Shown: positions 47,572-57,698, counted from the first letter of the stretch. The stretch is 64,000 nucleotides of DNA from Candidatus Bathyarchaeota archaeon (GCA_043826455.1 JBDRQD010000015.1:1-64000), one strand, 5' to 3'. Numbers and translations: made by a program. The notes: a model not told the origin generated them from the letters alone.

Positions 47572-49224
47572 GTGAAGGTTGACGCGGTTAGAGGGCTCGT
47601 GAAGATTCTCAAGGCTGAGGGGGTGGGCTTCGTGTCCACGTTCCCCACCTGCCACATCAACAACGCCATCGGCGAGGAGGGCGGGGTGGACCTGTTCATG
47701 GTCCGGGATGAGCGGTACGCAGTGGCCGTGGCCGACGGCTACAGCAGGGTCATGGACGGCAAAGGCCTGGGGGTCTGCACCGTCATGGGGGGCCACAACG
47801 CGGCTGGCCTCCAGATGGCTTACGGCGCCCTAGCCCAGGCCTACGAGGACAGTGTGCCTCTGCTGTGCTTGACTGAGGGTTCGCCCCAGGAGTCCATGGG
47901 GCGGGAGAGGTTCAACATCGAGGCCGCGTTCAAGGGTGTCACCAAGTGGAGCGGCTACATCAACAGGGCCGAGAGGGTGCCCGAGTACATGAGGCGGGCC
48001 TTTACGTATATGAGGACGGGTAGGCCCAGCCCTGTGCTGCTACAGGTGCCCAGGGGCCTGGGCGAGTACGACACCGATCTGCACCCGTATAAGCCGGTGC
48101 AGGGGTGGAGGAGCATGGGCGATCCGGGGGACGTAGAGAAGGCGGTGAGGGCGCTGCGGGCGGCGAGGAACCCTCTTCTATATGTGGGGGCCGGGGTGTT
48201 CTCAGCCGACGCGTGCTCGGAGCTCAAAGAGTTCGGGGAGCTGGCCCAGGTGCCGGTCCTGACGACTCTGAAGGCGAAGAGCGCTTTCCCCGAGGACCAT
48301 GAGCTGAGCCTCGGTGTGAGGGGTGAGCCTGCTGAGCGTTTCCTGGGTAAGGCGGACCTGGTGGTCACCGTGGGGGTGGGCTTGACGCCCAGCGGCTTCA
48401 TGCACGGGATTCCCGACGCTGTCCACAAGAGGATCATCCAGTGCACCGTGGACGAGTCTGACCTGAACTGCGACTACGGCGTTGATCACGCTGTCGTCGG
48501 TGACGCCAAGCTGGTTCTTGGGCAGCTGACGGCCGAGCTGGAGAAGCAGGGGGCTCCGAAGCGTAAGGAGAGCCTGGTTAAGGAGATCACCGACGCGAAG
48601 AGTGCTCTCATGGAGAAGTACGGCCCCTTCATGGAGTCCAGCGAGAAGCCCGTCAACCCCTACAGGGTGTACGCGGAGATGATGGCGGTGCTTGACCCCC
48701 TGAACAGCTCGGTGACCCACGAGTCCGGCAACACCAGGGACCAGCTGAGCACCGTGTACGTGAGCAGGGTGCCTCACGGCTTCCTGGGCTGGGGCAACGT
48801 CTCCACCCTGGGCTACGGCCTGGGGGCCGCCATGGGGGCCAAGCTGGCCACGCCGGGCAGGCAGGTGGTGAGCGTCACGGGGGACGCGGGTGTCGGCTAC
48901 CAGATGGGCAACTGGGAGGTCCTGGTACGGTACGGGATGGGGGTCACCACGATCCACATCAACAACGACGGCTTCGGAGGCTACGGCGCCGGTTTCTGGG
49001 GGAAGGGCCACAGCCCCTATACATATGAGTTGACGCCCAGTAGCGTGCAGAGCTCGGCTGGGGTGGCGGAGGCCCTGGGGATAGGTGCGGAGCGGGTGGA
49101 TGACCCCGACGAGGTGGCCCCCGCCTTGAAGCGGGCGCTGAAGGCTAACGCGTCGGGTAGGCCTTACCTTGTGGAGGTCATCTGCTGCAAGCACCCGGTT
49201 TACCCGGGCTGGGTGCGCGCCTAG
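47572..49224 (+). CDS. ThDP-dependent enzyme (acetolactate synthase/oxalyl-CoA decarboxylase superfamily)
   Basis: RDERYA..ADGYSR, TGRPSPV, TGDAG...INN ThDP motif. Confidence 0.88.
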   Translation: MKVDAVRGLVKILKAEGVGFVSTFPTCHINNAIGEEGGVDLFMVRDERYAVAVADGYSRVMDGKGLGVCTVMGGHNAAGLQMAYGALAQAYEDSVPLLCLTEGSPQESMGRERFNIEAAFKGVTKWSGYINRAERVPEYMRRAFTYMRTGRPSPVLLQVPRGLGEYDTDLHPYKPVQGWRSMGDPGDVEKAVRALRAARNPLLYVGAGVFSADACSELKEFGELAQVPVLTTLKAKSAFPEDHELSLGVRGEPAERFLGKADLVVTVGVGLTPSGFMHGIPDAVHKRIIQCTVDESDLNCDYGVDHAVVGDAKLVLGQLTAELEKQGAPKRKESLVKEITDAKSALMEKYGPFMESSEKPVNPYRVYAEMMAVLDPLNSSVTHESGNTRDQLSTVYVSRVPHGFLGWGNVSTLGYGLGAAMGAKLATPGRQVVSVTGDAGVGYQMGNWEVLVRYGMGVTTIHINNDGFGGYGAGFWGKGHSPYTYELTPSSVQSSAGVAEALGIGAERVDDPDEVAPALKRALKANASGRPYLVEVICCKHPVYPGWVRA

Positions 49225-49480
49225 CCCCTTTTTCTTCTGGGGTGACGGTGGCTGGGTAGAATGCATCTTCTCCTCTTGGGCCTGATCGCATCTTTAACAC
49301 ATAAACGCTTAAACCAATATGCTTATAAGTGGATACGCACATAAGGTATAATGCGGATAAGCAAGGTGAAACAAAGATGATGATAAGAACAATGGCAATA
49401 ACAAGCGAAGGCATAAGACACTTTGCTCACTGGAAAAACGTCTAGCGTGTGGCGCGCAAAAAAAACTGTTGGTGATTGAA

Positions 49481-49624
49481 GTGGGTAGAATCAGCGCAAT
49501 GCTCTCAGATGAACTGGAGAAGAAGCTAAGACTCAGAGCCCTCGAGATATTCGGAGGAAAAAAGGGTGACCTGTCCAGAGCAGTCGAAGAAGCCGTAAAA
49601 ACGTGGGTTACCACAGAGAAATAG
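49481..49624 (+). CDS. Small ribbon-helix-helix DNA-binding protein (47 aa), not in ORF track
   Basis: Manual translation MGRISAMLSDELEKKLRLRALEIFGGKKGDLSRAVEEAVKTWVTTEK; SD GGTGA upstream. Confidence 0.75.
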   Translation: MGRISAMLSDELEKKLRLRALEIFGGKKGDLSRAVEEAVKTWVTTEK

Positions 49625-49806
49625 GTTGGGCGAAATAAACTCCAGGAGGGCAGCGCCAAAACGGTAATGGGGCTGACCCCCCTCCGCACGCGGTACAAAA
49701 TAAGGGTATTACCATAAAGAGCGCGCGCGGAACAAAACTGGATTGCAGTATTTTCGTTAAGGGGATCAGAAAGTAAACGGAATGAGAGTGAAAGGAGAAC
49801 AAGATA

Positions 49807-50286
49807 ATGTCAAGCAACATTCAGGAGCAAGAGACGCGCCGATTAAGCATTCTCGATGGAATAAACGGGGGCTTCGCATACTCGAAGATCGCAGCAAAAC
49901 TAGGGGTCCACATATGGGTCGTGATGAGTGACCTGAAAAGAATGCGTCACAACAGGGACCCAGAGCTCAAGCAGGCGATCAGGAAGGGGCAGGAACAGGT
50001 CCAGGCGAAGAAACGATCAGTCGCTAGCCTGCCTGATGAGAGGTTCCACCGTATGACGGGGATGACCTTGAAGGAGAAGACGTTCAGCAATATGATGAGC
50101 TTCTATGAACCTGAGCTCACGAAGATACTTGAATCTAATAACGAGTGCGCCGCGATTAGAGACCTACCTAAAAGCGTTAGAAGAACTTTGAAGCATAATG
50201 GAATCATCGTTCAGGGGTGGAAAACTCCCGAGATCACCGCACTAGCCCGTACATATTTAACATGTGCGCCACCTGCGAATAGCTAA
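49807..50286 (+). CDS. Hypothetical protein with N-terminal HTH
   Basis: GFAYSKIAAKLGVHIWVVMSDLKRM HTH-like segment. Confidence 0.6.
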   Translation: MSSNIQEQETRRLSILDGINGGFAYSKIAAKLGVHIWVVMSDLKRMRHNRDPELKQAIRKGQEQVQAKKRSVASLPDERFHRMTGMTLKEKTFSNMMSFYEPELTKILESNNECAAIRDLPKSVRRTLKHNGIIVQGWKTPEITALARTYLTCAPPANS

Positions 50287-50329
50287 ACCCACGCAAACGT
50301 GAAAACTTACTCTAATCTCTTCGAACGAG

Positions 50330-50614
50330 ATGGTTGTATACACAATGATCCAAATAAATGATAAAAATAAAATCCAGAAAGATGAGCCTAGTTCAAGGTT
50401 TGCATGTGCAGAGGTACAAAAACACCTACCCCAAGACCTTCTACCCCAAGTCACGGTACTGCTTCAGGGCTCAGGTTACATCACCATAAGCCCAAGAGTG
50501 TTGACGAGGCCTGATTGGCAAAGAATCGATGAGAAAGTAAGACAAATGGGCGGTCTCTGGGTTTCGAATGAAAGATACAATCATTGGAGCATCCCCTTCT
50601 CCCGAACACGGTAA
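50330..50614 (+). CDS. Small hypothetical protein
   Basis: ORF with DWQRIDEKVRQMGGLWVS...HWSIP. Confidence 0.55.
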   Translation: MVVYTMIQINDKNKIQKDEPSSRFACAEVQKHLPQDLLPQVTVLLQGSGYITISPRVLTRPDWQRIDEKVRQMGGLWVSNERYNHWSIPFSRTR

Positions 50615-50820
50615 CAACATCTTCTCAAAACGACTTATCCGTTCGCGAAGAGCCCCGCGAAAGAGGGCGCGCTACATTAGCCAATTCATATTTTACGCTA
50701 ACGCTACGACCACAACTATTGATGTTATTCTATAAATTTTTACTTTAAACGATGCCATATTTTTAAATAAATACATCTCCTTTAAATGGCGCGCAGCGTA
50801 TAATTCTATGGATTCAGACT

Positions 50821-51135
50821 TTGGGTAAGAAACTGGTGAAGACTGAGGTAGACATCCGCAAAGGGATGATGTACCCCAATAAGAACGATATTCTCGGTAT
50901 CGTGATCAAGAACTATGGCCAGACGCGCATGAACATCAAGTGTCAAGATGGAGAGACACGCATGTGCCGCGTGAGAGGTAAGATGAAGAAGCGCATGTGG
51001 GTGCGTGAGGGCGACGTGGTCCTAATAAGCCCGTGGGATTTCCAGTCAGCTGAGAAGGGCGACATCATATTCCGGTACACCAGTAACCAGGCCTACCTTT
51101 TGAGGGAGCGAGGATACCTCAACATAGAGGCGTAA
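50821..51135 (+). CDS. eif1a: Translation initiation factor aIF-1A
   Basis: CQDGETRMCRVRGKMKKRMWVREGDVVLISPWDFQ..KGDIIFRY. Confidence 0.95.
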   Translation: MGKKLVKTEVDIRKGMMYPNKNDILGIVIKNYGQTRMNIKCQDGETRMCRVRGKMKKRMWVREGDVVLISPWDFQSAEKGDIIFRYTSNQAYLLRERGYLNIEA

Positions 51136-51286
51136 ATAATCGACTAGACCCATTTCTGTACACGTAAGATTGAATACCAATTCCGTGCGGAATTTTAACT
51201 CCCTGCGGTTCTATCTTACGTTTTTATAGTGTTGATTCGTTCGGGTTAGCTCTCTTCAGGGCGCGTAGAACGGAGCAGGTGTAACG

Positions 51287-51607
51287 TCATCTTAGAACAT
51301 GGTGGATAAGCGTCAGGATGTATTGTGTGTTATACCCGACTTCGTTTCTCATCTTCTGTTTAATGCCGGGTACGTCGTCGATATAATCATTGTAGTACAG
51401 TGCTACCTTCTCGAACTCGGGGAACGCTATCGTGCGTATTCCCTTTATTCCTTTACCCTCTATGAATATCCGGTCTGAGGCGGCTCGCGCATAGAAGCGG
51501 CCGCTTCTGGGTTTTAGTGACCATGTTTCTAGTTCTAGGTTACTGCTGAGCTCTGCTTGTAGTTGTTGCCAGTAGTTTCTAATCTCTTTTGTTTGTAGAC
51601 GTATCAA
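51287..51607 (-). CDS. Hypothetical protein (106 aa)
   Basis: Intact ORF in the AT-rich patch with protein-like composition. Confidence 0.55.
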   Translation of the reverse strand: MIRLQTKEIRNYWQQLQAELSSNLELETWSLKPRSGRFYARAASDRIFIEGKGIKGIRTIAFPEFEKVALYYNDYIDDVPGIKQKMRNEVGYNTQYILTLIHHVLR

Positions 51608-51934
51608 ATAGTTTCTGGCTTATTGTTGGAGGACGTGCATAAAAAGACGTGGGCTGACCAGCTAGTTTCGTCGCATACACTGGAGGTATGTATAGGGTTG
51701 CACGGCGCGCGAACATCGTCCACATGTCTGAGGATGTTTTTCCCCTTTTCTTACCTGCGAACATCCTCAATTAAGAACCCTTAAGTTAGGCGCCACTCTA
51801 CCCGTGTGTGGTGTAAGAGATGACCAAGGTGAAGGAGAATGTTGATGAACCGCCTTGGCGTATACTCGGCGGTTCGTGAGGTAGAACTCGTTTCATCGTT
51901 AACTGAGGAGGTGAACCCCTAGGGGTGATGCCAC

Positions 51935-52096
51935 ATGAAGGACATATCGCCCCAGGAGTACGGCATCGGGTACCTCCGCCTCAGGAAGAGCTGCCGAGAC
52001 ACTCCGATAACATTGACATCCAACTGCAGAATGTGTTCCGAGTATCGGGGATGTAGGCATGCCTGGAGGGTCTCCGAGCAGTTGGAGGATTTTTAA
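51935..52096 (+). CDS. Putative 53-aa four-Cys metal-binding microprotein
   Basis: Manual translation with C-x10-C-x2-C-x5-C; SD GGGGTGA upstream. Confidence 0.45.
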   Translation: MKDISPQEYGIGYLRLRKSCRDTPITLTSNCRMCSEYRGCRHAWRVSEQLEDF

Positions 52097-52221
52097 TATT
52101 TTACTTTAAAGAATAAGATACTTAGAAAATATTATTCCGCATAATTATTCGAAAAATAAATTGAGGAACGGAGTGAGCAAAAAGAAATTTGATGCATACA
52201 CTGTGTGCATCAGATGCGTCT

Positions 52222-52698
52222 TTACTTTACTACTAGGACAGGTATCTTAGACTCGTTTACAACCTGGTGGCTCACGCTTCCCAACACGAGCTCCGCTAAG
52301 CCGCCCAGACCTCGGCTACCAATGACGACTAAATCATATTTCCCTTCCTCTGCCTCAGAAACAATGCTTTTCCCAGGTCTCCCTAACAGGAGCTTGGTGG
52401 TGATCTTCAGTTTGGGGTACATAGTCTCTGCGTTTTTCAATGCTTGACTCAGCATTTTTTCGTCGTTTTCTCTAACCTTGGCCATGTACTCGTTTATCCA
52501 TTCCGGAGGGGACAACGATTCCTCCTGCATGGGGCCCACATCTGACTCAGATTTTGTGGGCATGATTTCTTCCGAGAAACTTGTGACGTGTAGTATCTCA
52601 AGCTCAGACTTGTGTATCTTTGCTAGCTCCAGAGCTGTTTTCAATGCGCGGTGAGCGTGCTTTGAGCCATCTATGGGTACCAATATTTTGTTAAACAT
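52222..52698 (-). CDS. Universal stress protein
   Basis: ILVPIDGS, DLVVIGSRG..LGSVS, PVLVVK. Confidence 0.93.
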   Translation of the reverse strand: MFNKILVPIDGSKHAHRALKTALELAKIHKSELEILHVTSFSEEIMPTKSESDVGPMQEESLSPPEWINEYMAKVRENDEKMLSQALKNAETMYPKLKITTKLLLGRPGKSIVSEAEEGKYDLVVIGSRGLGGLAELVLGSVSHQVVNESKIPVLVVK

Positions 52699-52915
52699 TA
52701 TAATCGATAATTTGTTTGGGTTTCAATTATTTAAGCTCAGACACATTTCCAGAATTTTTATTCCATGTAACAATACTTTCTTGATCATTAACAGGCCTGC
52801 GCCTGTTCAGAGGTTTAATTCCTCAACGTGGAAACCGGAAAAAGAACACAATGGGCTACAACCATACCCCTCTTAAGGTGCTGTCCCCGATCATTTATTA
52901 CCTGAAAGAGGCTCC

Positions 52916-54100
52916 TTGGCTTCAGGTATTGCCATGGATGCTTCGCATATCGACGAGAAAGCCCTGGTGGAGCTTCTCAAGAACCTTATACGGATCGACT
53001 CCGTGAACCCTTCCCTGGTCCCAGGGGCCGCAGGGGAAGCCGAGATCACCGGCTACATAGGCGACTGGATGGAGGCCCTGGGCCTGGAGACCCGCCTCTA
53101 TGATGTGGAGCCGGGCCGCCCCAACGTGGTGGGCGTCCTCAAAGGAGCAGGAGGAGGCAGGAACCTCATACTCAACGGTCACACGGACACCGTGGGCGTT
53201 GACTACTACGAGGGCGACCCCTTCAACCCCATGGTCAGGGACGGCCGCCTCTACGGCAGAGGCTCCATCGACATGAAAGGGGGCCTGGCCGCTAGCATGG
53301 CCGCCGTGAAGGCTCTGATAGACTCAGGGGCTGAGCTCAGGGGCGACGTGGTGCTGGCGGCTGTTTGCGACGAGGAGTACGCCAGCATAGGCACCGAGGC
53401 CCTAGTGAAGGAGTACACCGCGGACGCGGCCATCGTGGGCGAGCCCACAGGCGGCCACGTGCTGGTAGCCCACAAGGGCTTCGCCTGGGTGGACGTGGTG
53501 ACCCGCGGCGTGGCTGCCCACGGAAGCTCCTTCAAGGTGGGGGTGGACGCCATAGCCAAGATGGGCCAGGTCCTCATCGGCCTGGAGGCCCTGGGGCAGC
53601 TCCTACTGGAGGAGACTCACCCCCTGGTGGGGCCGGGCAGCGTCCACGCCAGCATCATCGAGGGCGGAAACGAGCTCAGCACCTATCCCGCCTCGTGCAG
53701 GCTGCGGCTGGAGAGGCGCCTCATCCCGGGGGAGACCCGGGACACCGTGGAGAAAGAGATGAAGGACATGCTCCAGTCCATCGGTGAGGGGGACACCAGG
53801 TTCAGGGCCGACCATCGGGTGACCTTCTACAGGGACCCCATGGAGGTGAGCCCAGAAGAGCCCATATGCAGGGCTCTGGTCGAGGGCTCAGCCAAGACTC
53901 TGGGCTTCAAGCCCCTGTTCATCGGCGGCTCGGGTTGGCTAGACACCCAGATAATGACTGAGAAGGGCGTGCCGTCTGTCAGCTACGGGCCCACAGGCTA
54001 TGGGGCCCACGCCAAGGAGGAGTGGGTGGACCTGAAGTCGGTGCTGGACGCGGCCAAGGTGCAGGAGTACGCCGTCAAGGCCTTCTGCGGCCTAGTCTAG
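52916..54100 (+). CDS. ArgE/DapE family M20 deacylase
   Basis: LNGHTDTV, GRGSIDMKG, DEEY, GEPT, AHAKEE. Confidence 0.92.
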   Translation: MASGIAMDASHIDEKALVELLKNLIRIDSVNPSLVPGAAGEAEITGYIGDWMEALGLETRLYDVEPGRPNVVGVLKGAGGGRNLILNGHTDTVGVDYYEGDPFNPMVRDGRLYGRGSIDMKGGLAASMAAVKALIDSGAELRGDVVLAAVCDEEYASIGTEALVKEYTADAAIVGEPTGGHVLVAHKGFAWVDVVTRGVAAHGSSFKVGVDAIAKMGQVLIGLEALGQLLLEETHPLVGPGSVHASIIEGGNELSTYPASCRLRLERRLIPGETRDTVEKEMKDMLQSIGEGDTRFRADHRVTFYRDPMEVSPEEPICRALVEGSAKTLGFKPLFIGGSGWLDTQIMTEKGVPSVSYGPTGYGAHAKEEWVDLKSVLDAAKVQEYAVKAFCGLV

Positions 54101-54586
54101 GTCGGCCAGCCACGCCGTCCTCCTCTCCGCGTCCAGGAAGGCTATGGTGCTCCTGCCGGTCACGTAACCGCAGGCCTCACCCGGGTTCACCACCAGAGTC
54201 CCCCCTTCCTCCGCCACACTGGCCCTGTGGGTGTGACCCCTAACGATGACATGGTATCCGCCCCGGTACGCCTTGTCCACGTCCTCCTTCCTGTGGCCGT
54301 GGATGAGGGCCACTCGGAGACAGTCAACCTCCACCTCGGCGAAGAAGCCCCTGATCTCCGCGCCGAACTCGCCGTAGGCCTTCTTGAGGTTGTCCCGCTC
54401 GGCGCAGTTGTTGCCGTAGACGCCTATGAGGGGGGCCTCCAGGGGCTGGAAGTGGCGGGCCGTGAACATGGCTATGTAGTCGCCTCCGTGCAGCACGAGC
54501 CCGACGCCCTCCTCGTTGAACCTCCTGACGGCCTTGTCTATGGCGTATATGTTGTCGTGGGTGTCCGAGACGAGCCCGATGATCAT
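54092..54586 (-). CDS. Metallophosphoesterase (YfcE/MJ0936 family)
   Basis: SDTHDN, HGGD, GNN, IHG, GHTH, NPGE. Confidence 0.92.
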   Translation of the reverse strand: MIIGLVSDTHDNIYAIDKAVRRFNEEGVGLVLHGGDYIAMFTARHFQPLEAPLIGVYGNNCAERDNLKKAYGEFGAEIRGFFAEVEVDCLRVALIHGHRKEDVDKAYRGGYHVIVRGHTHRASVAEEGGTLVVNPGEACGYVTGRSTIAFLDAERRTAWLADLD

Positions 54587-56022
54587 TCCCTGTCACTCCC
54601 CGTGATCTCCGTGAAGCGCTGATAAGGCTCGTCCCAGGCCTCGGGGCCCAGGGGCATGTAGACGCCCGTGACCATGCTCTCAGCGATTATCCTCCTCGCC
54701 TCCCAGATGTCCTTCACCTCGCCGTGGGCCATGAACTGCACCACAGCGTTCCCCAGGGCCGCGGCCTCCACGGGCCCCGCTGTGACCCTGAGCCCAGTGG
54801 CGTCCGCCGTCATCTGGTTTAGAACCCTGTTCAGCGAGCCTCCTCCGATGACGTGAATGGCCCTGTACCCGGCTCCCGTCACCTCCTCCAGCTGCCTCAG
54901 GGTGCGCCTGTAGTTGAGGGCCAGGCTCTCGTAAACGCACCTGATGTGCTCCCCCACGGACATGGGCTTGGGCTGCCCCGTCTCCTGGCAGAACTCTATG
55001 ATCCTTGGCGTCATATCCCCAAGCCCTATGAACCTGGGGTCCCCTGGGTCTATGAGGCTAGTGAAGGCGGGGCTCTTCTCCGCGGCCTCGTATAGCTCAG
55101 AGTAGCTCGGCACGGAGCCCTTCATCCTCCACTCCCTGAGGAGCTCCTGCTCGAACCAGAGGCCCGGCAGGTTCTTCAGCAGCCTGAAGGTTCCCTCCGC
55201 GCCCCCCTCATTGGTGAAGTTGAGGCCGTATACCGCCTCGTCTATGTGGGGCCGGTCCACCTCGGTGCCCATGAGGCTCCAGGTGCCGCTGCTGATGTAG
55301 GCGAAGCTCCTGTCTCTGGAGGGAACCGCCGCCACCGCGCTCCCCGTGTCGTGGCACGCCGGGGCCACCACCGGCGTCCGGCCGCTGAAGCCCACCACCT
55401 TCCCCGGCTGGATGACCTCAGGGAATATGTGGTCCGGCAGCTTCACAGCCTCGATGATCTCCCTATCCCAGTCCCCCTTCACGGGGTTATAGATCTGGGT
55501 GGTGGTGGCGTGGGTGAACTCGGCCTTCTTCTCTCCTGTGAGCCAGTGGTTGAACAGGTCCGGGAGCCCCAGGTAGGTCTCCGCCCGCCTCAGAGCTTTC
55601 TCCCTGCGCCTCACCATGCTCGCCAGCTGGTACAGCGTGTTGAGCTCCAGGAACTGGACGCCTGTGCGCCTATATATCTCCCACCTGGGCATCCGCTTGA
55701 ACACCCAATCCATCATGCCCCTGGTCCTCTGGTCCCTGTAGTGGTACGGGTCCCCCAGGAGGTTCCCCTCACGGTCCAGGAGCCCGTAGTCCACGCCCCA
55801 CGTGTCCACCCCCACGCTGAGGGCCCCCTCACGGGCCCTGTCGATGCCTCTCACCGTCTCACGCCACAGCCGCTGAGCGTTCCACCTGAGTGAGCCCCCC
55901 CTCCTCAGGGGCTCGTTGCTGAACCTGTGGGCCTCCTCCAGGGTGAAGGCGTCCCCGTCGTAGGTGACCTTCATGGCCCTCCCGGAGGCGGCGCCCAGGT
56001 CCACGGCCACGACGTGGGACAC
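54583..56022 (-). CDS. rhaB: Rhamnulokinase-like FGGY sugar kinase
   Basis: AVDLGAASGR, DTWGVDY, YRDQRT, HDTGSA, SSGTWS, FTNEGG, GPVEA. Confidence 0.85.
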   Translation of the reverse strand: MSHVVAVDLGAASGRAMKVTYDGDAFTLEEAHRFSNEPLRRGGSLRWNAQRLWRETVRGIDRAREGALSVGVDTWGVDYGLLDREGNLLGDPYHYRDQRTRGMMDWVFKRMPRWEIYRRTGVQFLELNTLYQLASMVRRREKALRRAETYLGLPDLFNHWLTGEKKAEFTHATTTQIYNPVKGDWDREIIEAVKLPDHIFPEVIQPGKVVGFSGRTPVVAPACHDTGSAVAAVPSRDRSFAYISSGTWSLMGTEVDRPHIDEAVYGLNFTNEGGAEGTFRLLKNLPGLWFEQELLREWRMKGSVPSYSELYEAAEKSPAFTSLIDPGDPRFIGLGDMTPRIIEFCQETGQPKPMSVGEHIRCVYESLALNYRRTLRQLEEVTGAGYRAIHVIGGGSLNRVLNQMTADATGLRVTAGPVEAAALGNAVVQFMAHGEVKDIWEARRIIAESMVTGVYMPLGPEAWDEPYQRFTEITGSDRE

Positions 56023-56025
56023 CTG

Positions 56026-57666
56026 CTACCCCACCTTCACGTCGCCGCAGATGTGAACCTTAATCCCGAGGGCGTGGAACATGGCCGCCTTGGCCGCCAG
56101 GGCCCTGTCCGCGGTCTCCGCGTCCGGCGCGTAAACCACCTGCACGTGGTTGGCCTTGTGCCGGGCCATGAACTGGTCCCTGGTGATCCCGTGGAGCACC
56201 GCGCTCATGATAGGCCACTGGGGCGTGGTGAGGTCCCACCTCCGCCTGGTCTCCTCGGGGGGCAGGTCAACCACGGTTCCCCTGCCCGCGTCCAGGTGGA
56301 GGCCGTCCGGCAGCACGTAGACGCGGCTCCAAACGATCTCGCCGGGCCTGCTCTCCCCCTTCAGGGTGCCGCCGCCCAGGGGGAAGTACATGGGGGGCTG
56401 GCGCTCGCTGCTGGCCCCCCTGTATCCGCCCTTGAAGTGGCTGGGAGGCGCCGAGCCGCTGATGAGGAACACCCACACGTACTGGCCGCCGTACCAGTCC
56501 CCCCACCTGACGTCGTGGAGGGTGGTGGCCGGGTCCAAGCCCATGGCCCTCCAGACCCTGTTGGTTACCAGGCCGTCCAGGCCGGCGCCCTCATCCACCT
56601 CGTTGAAGTGAGGCAGAGCCTCCCCCTTGTACAGCTCCTCACCCGTCTCCGCGTGGTAGACGGGGGGCCTGTCCACGTTGTTGAGAAGCCCCTCCGCCAG
56701 GTCGCTGGCCGGAGCCATGTCCTTCAGCCCCTGCTGGTACTGGATGCCTATGGTGGCGCACCCGAACTCGTGGGCCATCCTGACGGCCGCGATATACATC
56801 TTGAGCTGCTCAAGGACCTGGGCGTCTGTGAGCTCCGTCGCCGGGTCCCTCCCCGTGACGAAGTTCAGCCCCTTGACGTCCAGCCAGTACCTGGCCTTCG
56901 CGGCCTCGGCGTCCGTCACCGTTTTCATGGCCGCCACAAGGGCCGACTGGCTGAGTCTCTCCTTGTAGACCCCCAGGGGGTTCAGGAGCTCGTCCTCGAT
57001 GATGGCGTTGTACATCCCCATGCACCCCTCGTCGAAGACCCCCATCACAGCCTTCTCGCGCCTCAGCTGCTCGGCCAGGGCCTCCCCCAGCCTGCGCTCC
57101 TCCCTGGGCAGCTTTCCCGCCCTCAGGTTCCGGACGTGGCTCGTGTCGTGGGTGATCCTGCCCTCCCTGAGCCACTGCCTGATGCCATCCAGGAAGAACG
57201 GGTCGTCGAAGCCCTCGCTCCAGATGGTGCTATAAGGTTTACCCATCTTGGCCAGGCACGCGTTCAGGTTCAGCATGCCCACCAGGCCGGGCCACTGGCC
57301 GCTCCAGTTAGCCAGCGTCAGAATAGGTCCCTCGTGGTCCCGGAGCCCCGCGAGGACGTGGTGGCTGTACTGCCACACGGCCTCAGCGACTATGACCCGC
57401 GCATCCCTGGGTATAGTCTTGAAGACGTCCATCCCCATCCTCTGGCTCCAGATGAAACCGTGGCCCAGCTCAGGGTCGTAGGGGTGGCCCCTGAGGACGT
57501 GGACACCCTCGGCCTGGAAGGCGGCCCTCACCTTCTCCTCCATCTCCGCCTGGGCGGGCCAGCCCATCCTGTTGGCGCTGAGCCGGAGGTCCCCGCTGGC
57601 CACCAGCACCGCCTCGTTGGGGGCCAGGGGCTCAGGCACCTTGATCTCGGGCACAGAATACTTCAT
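56026..57666 (-). CDS. L-fucose/L-arabinose isomerase superfamily protein
   Basis: NWSGQWPGLVG, GIQYQQG, HFNEVDEG (E/D metal ligands), ANH near C-terminus; start MKYSV at 57666. Confidence 0.7.
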   Translation of the reverse strand: MKYSVPEIKVPEPLAPNEAVLVASGDLRLSANRMGWPAQAEMEEKVRAAFQAEGVHVLRGHPYDPELGHGFIWSQRMGMDVFKTIPRDARVIVAEAVWQYSHHVLAGLRDHEGPILTLANWSGQWPGLVGMLNLNACLAKMGKPYSTIWSEGFDDPFFLDGIRQWLREGRITHDTSHVRNLRAGKLPREERRLGEALAEQLRREKAVMGVFDEGCMGMYNAIIEDELLNPLGVYKERLSQSALVAAMKTVTDAEAAKARYWLDVKGLNFVTGRDPATELTDAQVLEQLKMYIAAVRMAHEFGCATIGIQYQQGLKDMAPASDLAEGLLNNVDRPPVYHAETGEELYKGEALPHFNEVDEGAGLDGLVTNRVWRAMGLDPATTLHDVRWGDWYGGQYVWVFLISGSAPPSHFKGGYRGASSERQPPMYFPLGGGTLKGESRPGEIVWSRVYVLPDGLHLDAGRGTVVDLPPEETRRRWDLTTPQWPIMSAVLHGITRDQFMARHKANHVQVVYAPDAETADRALAAKAAMFHALGIKVHICGDVKVG

Positions 57667-57698
57667 GGGTGAAGATGGGCGGCTGGGGGTGATAAAAC

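Noticed and set aside
46536..49266. Long minus-strand ORFs (387 aa and 354 aa)
   Set aside because: Antisense shadows of the CoA-transferase and ThDP genes.
51820..51879. 19-codon ORF MTKVKENVDEPPWRILGGS
   Set aside because: Too short, weak SD, and better explained by the overlapping hairpin.
55927..57672. 581-aa + strand ORF
   Set aside because: Antisense shadow of the isomerase gene in GC-rich DNA; no motifs, biased P/G/V/H composition.
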